Below, one piece after another: positions 61,725 to 64,000 of a DNA stretch of 64,000 nt. Both the position numbers and the translations under genes were made by a program. The stretch is from a bacterium (GTDB taxonomy: Bacteria; ARS69): NCBI GenBank assembly GCA_041393395.1, contig JAWKKG010000002.1, forward strand, positions 759,620 to 823,619. Reading direction: 5' to 3'. The notes beneath the pieces are model-generated. The model saw only the letters and a list, made by a program, of their open reading frames with translations, did not search any database and was not told the DNA's origin. Each line of letters opens with the position of its first letter. Positions within the stretch are counted from its first letter, which is position 1.

Positions 61725-63037
61725 GAGGCGACCGGCTGACCGGACGGGGCGGGGCGCGCTGCCGTGGTCGAGAGGAGACGCCGGGTCCAGAGCCAGGCGA
61801 GCACGGCGTTCGCGAGGAGCAGGGCGCCCACCGTCTGGTGGGCGGTTGCCGCCGCCACCTCGAACGGCCCGGCCGGCTCGCCCGCGATCCGGAGGTTCAC
61901 GGCGAGGTACGCGATGCCGCCCAGGACGATCTGCGTCCACACGTGGCCCATCAGCGCGCCGCCCGTCTTCCGGAGGACGGGGATGTGGTCGAAGCTGCCG
62001 AGCAGCCGCACGGCCACGATCGTGGCGATCGCCGCCGCCAGTGTGCCGACCGTGATGTGGATCATGGCGCCGGCGCCCAGGTGACGCAGCCGCACGCCGA
62101 GCAGGAGCTGGCAGAGGAGGACGGTGACCAGGGTGGCCGTCAGCGCCCGGTCGGGCCCGCCACCCGGCACCCGCTCCGCGTCGCGCCAGGTGCGAGACAG
62201 CGCGGCCGCGAGCCCCACCATCCACGCGAAGAAGATCTGGCCCGTGGTCCCGTGGATCATGGCCAGGACCAGGCTGGGATTCGTCTCGTCCGGGGAGTCG
62301 CTCCACGTGAAGTGGCCGGTCACCCGCAGGCCACCGAGGATTCCCTGTCCGACGACGAGCAGGACTGCGAATGCCGCCGCGGCCTTGACGCCGGCCCCGC
62401 GCTCCTTGATCCACACGCGGAGTGCGAGCACGACGGTGGTGAGCCCCACGAGCGAACCGAACAGGCGGTGGGAGTGCTCCCAGTAGATCCCGCCGGTCAT
62501 CTTCGCGAGCGGGAACAGGAACATCTGGTAGCGGTAGGAATTCGGCCAGTCGACGACGGCGAGCCCGGCGTCGTGGCTGGTCACCAGCCCGCCGATCAGC
62601 AGCAGCATCAGGGTCGCGGCCGCCGCGACGCGCGCGAGCACCGACGTCGCCTCGCGCGGCCTCTCGGACGCTCCCGCGCGTCGACCGAGGAATCCGCCGA
62701 CTCCCGCCACGAGCGCCCCGAACGCGAGGGACGCGGGCAGCCAGATCGCGGCCGACGGAGCCACGCGGTTCGGCTGATCGCCCGAGATCAGGCTGCCGAG
62801 AATCAGCAGGTTCACGATCGACGCGACGAGCCCCGTCGCGGCCCCGACGCCGAAGCCGCCGCCGCTCGCCCGCGCGGCCGCCCGGCCGCCGAGTCCGAGC
62901 ACGGCGAGCATGCCGGCGAGAATCAGCGCGCCCGGCAGGAGACCGGCCGGCATTCGCGCGACGAAGCCGAGGGTCCACATGCCGAGGGCGGTGGCGAATC
63001 CGTAGACGAGGGCGGCCGAGCGGGGGGTCGGGGCCAT
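61721..63037 (-). CDS. ctaA: heme A synthase (COX15/CtaA family)
   Basis: ATG 63037 with GGAGGAA RBS. Polytopic, with ..DWPNSYRYQMF.. and ..YWEHSHRLFG.. His-containing motifs of COX15-type heme A synthases. Confidence 0.85.
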   Translation of the reverse strand: MAPTPRSAALVYGFATALGMWTLGFVARMPAGLLPGALILAGMLAVLGLGGRAAARASGGGFGVGAATGLVASIVNLLILGSLISGDQPNRVAPSAAIWLPASLAFGALVAGVGGFLGRRAGASERPREATSVLARVAAAATLMLLLIGGLVTSHDAGLAVVDWPNSYRYQMFLFPLAKMTGGIYWEHSHRLFGSLVGLTTVVLALRVWIKERGAGVKAAAAFAVLLVVGQGILGGLRVTGHFTWSDSPDETNPSLVLAMIHGTTGQIFFAWMVGLAAALSRTWRDAERVPGGGPDRALTATLVTVLLCQLLLGVRLRHLGAGAMIHITVGTLAAAIATIVAVRLLGSFDHIPVLRKTGGALMGHVWTQIVLGGIAYLAVNLRIAGEPAGPFEVAAATAHQTVGALLLANAVLAWLWTRRLLSTTAARPAPSGQPVAS

Positions 63038-63115
63038 GGCGGTTCCTCCGATCCCAATCCTTTACCAGCGGATGCCGTGTCGGACCAGTACGGAACGTCC
63101 GCGCGGGGCGCGCGT

Positions 63116-64000
63116 CTACGCGAAGAACGCCTGCTGCACGAGGTACTCCTGCTCCACCGCGTGCATGCTCTGGCTGCCGGCGGCCGGGCTGCCGGAAGGC
63201 GGGCGCCCGGCAAACGTGAGCCGGTAACCCTCGGGCAGACGCTCGTGGAGCTGCGAGAGCATGAACGTCCACGCGCCCATGTTCTGCGGCTCCTCCTGCA
63301 CCCACCGCACGTGCTTCGCCTTCGGGTAGCGACGCAGGATCTCGGCGAGATCGTCCGTGGCAAATGGGTACAGCTGTTCGAACCGGATGATCGCGCAGCC
63401 CGCGACCTGGTGACGATCGCGGAACTTCATGAGGTCGTAGGCGACCTTCCCGGAGCAGAACAGCAGCCGTTCGGCGTCCTTGTCGCGCACCAGATCGTCG
63501 AGGATGAGGTGGAACTTGCCGGTCGTGAAATCCGCCACCTTGCTCTTGGCCGAAGGTGCGCGCAGCAGGCTCTTGGGAGTCATCACGATCAACGGCTTCG
63601 GCGGCGTCTGGTGCACCTGGCGGCGCAGCAGATGGAAGAACTGCGCCGCGGTGGTCGGCATCGCGACGCGCATGTTCCGCTTGGCGCACAGCGTGAGGAA
63701 CCGCTCGAGTCGCGCGCTCGAATGCTCCGGCCCCTGTCCCTCGAAGCCATGGGGCAACAGCAGCGTGAGCCGGCAGGACTGCTTCCACTTCTCGAACGCG
63801 GAAGAGATGAACTGATCGATGATGATCTGCGCGCCGTTTCCGAAGTCGCCGAACTGCGCCTCCCACAGGACGAGGCTGTCCTCGGCGCTCACCGAGTACC
63901 CGTAATCGAAGCCCATCACCGCGAACTCGGAGAGCAGGCTGTCGAACGCCCGGAACTTGCCCTGACCGGGCCCGAAATGCTTCAGCGGCGTGAACTCGGC
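63116..64000 (-). CDS. sucA: 2-oxoglutarate dehydrogenase E1 component, C-terminal part (5' end beyond window)
   Basis: Frame stays open to the window edge (..FRAFDSLLSEFAVMGFDYGYSVS..). Conserved OGDH E1 C-terminal region (..GFEGQGPEHSSARLERFL..). Stop at 63116. Confidence 0.85.
   Translation of the reverse strand, partial: AEFTPLKHFGPGQGKFRAFDSLLSEFAVMGFDYGYSVSAEDSLVLWEAQFGDFGNGAQIIIDQFISSAFEKWKQSCRLTLLLPHGFEGQGPEHSSARLERFLTLCAKRNMRVAMPTTAAQFFHLLRRQVHQTPPKPLIVMTPKSLLRAPSAKSKVADFTTGKFHLILDDLVRDKDAERLLFCSGKVAYDLMKFRDRHQVAGCAIIRFEQLYPFATDDLAEILRRYPKAKHVRWVQEEPQNMGAWTFMLSQLHERLPEGYRLTFAGRPPSGSPAAGSQSMHAVEQEYLVQQAFFA

Overview
High-GC (about 70%) bacterial chromosomal window, densely coded on both strands. 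I could not find any rRNA, tRNA, CRISPR array, or transposase/integrase. High GC produces many long spurious ORFs in the six-frame track. I called genes from recognisable family motifs, signal peptides/TM segments, SD-like sequences (GGAG/GGAGG) 4-10 nt before ATG/GTG/TTG starts, and 4-bp start/stop overlaps. Gene content in order: a compatible-solute-like locus (5'-truncated GH63-type glycosidase, myo-inositol-1-phosphate synthase, LysR regulator); a minus-strand envelope-signalling cluster (exported protein, exported TPR-CHAT caspase-like protease, ECF sigma, single-pass anti-sigma, LAS/M15 metallopeptidase); a flippase/methyltransferase cluster; metH overlapping trpS; a secreted-protein island of three proteins sharing a T9SS/FlgD-Ig-like C-terminal domain (FG-GAP/ASPIC protein and two tandem near-duplicate S8 subtilases) plus a beta-helix lipoprotein; a secreted class-D-beta-lactamase-fold protein whose catalytic STFK motif is replaced by EMFR; a family-5 SBP directly upstream of a hybrid histidine kinase; FTCD, a ThrH-like HAD phosphatase, an S1-domain protein with an RGG tail; ferritin and an EEP nuclease/phosphatase; heme O synthase co-oriented with a REC-PP2C phosphatase; a 13-gene minus-strand respiratory supercluster (ACIII actABCDEF, small membrane protein, SCO, caa3 oxidase subunits II/I/III/IV, extra subunit-III paralog); heme A synthase with an ABC-2 exporter; and the 3' end of sucA. 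The Por/FlgD-type C-terminal domains, ACIII+caa3 arrangement and GC content suggest a high-GC FCB-group (Gemmatimonadota-like) organism; this is inference only. The most novel-looking candidate is the ECF sigma/anti-sigma pair embedded in an operon with an extracytoplasmic TPR-CHAT protease.
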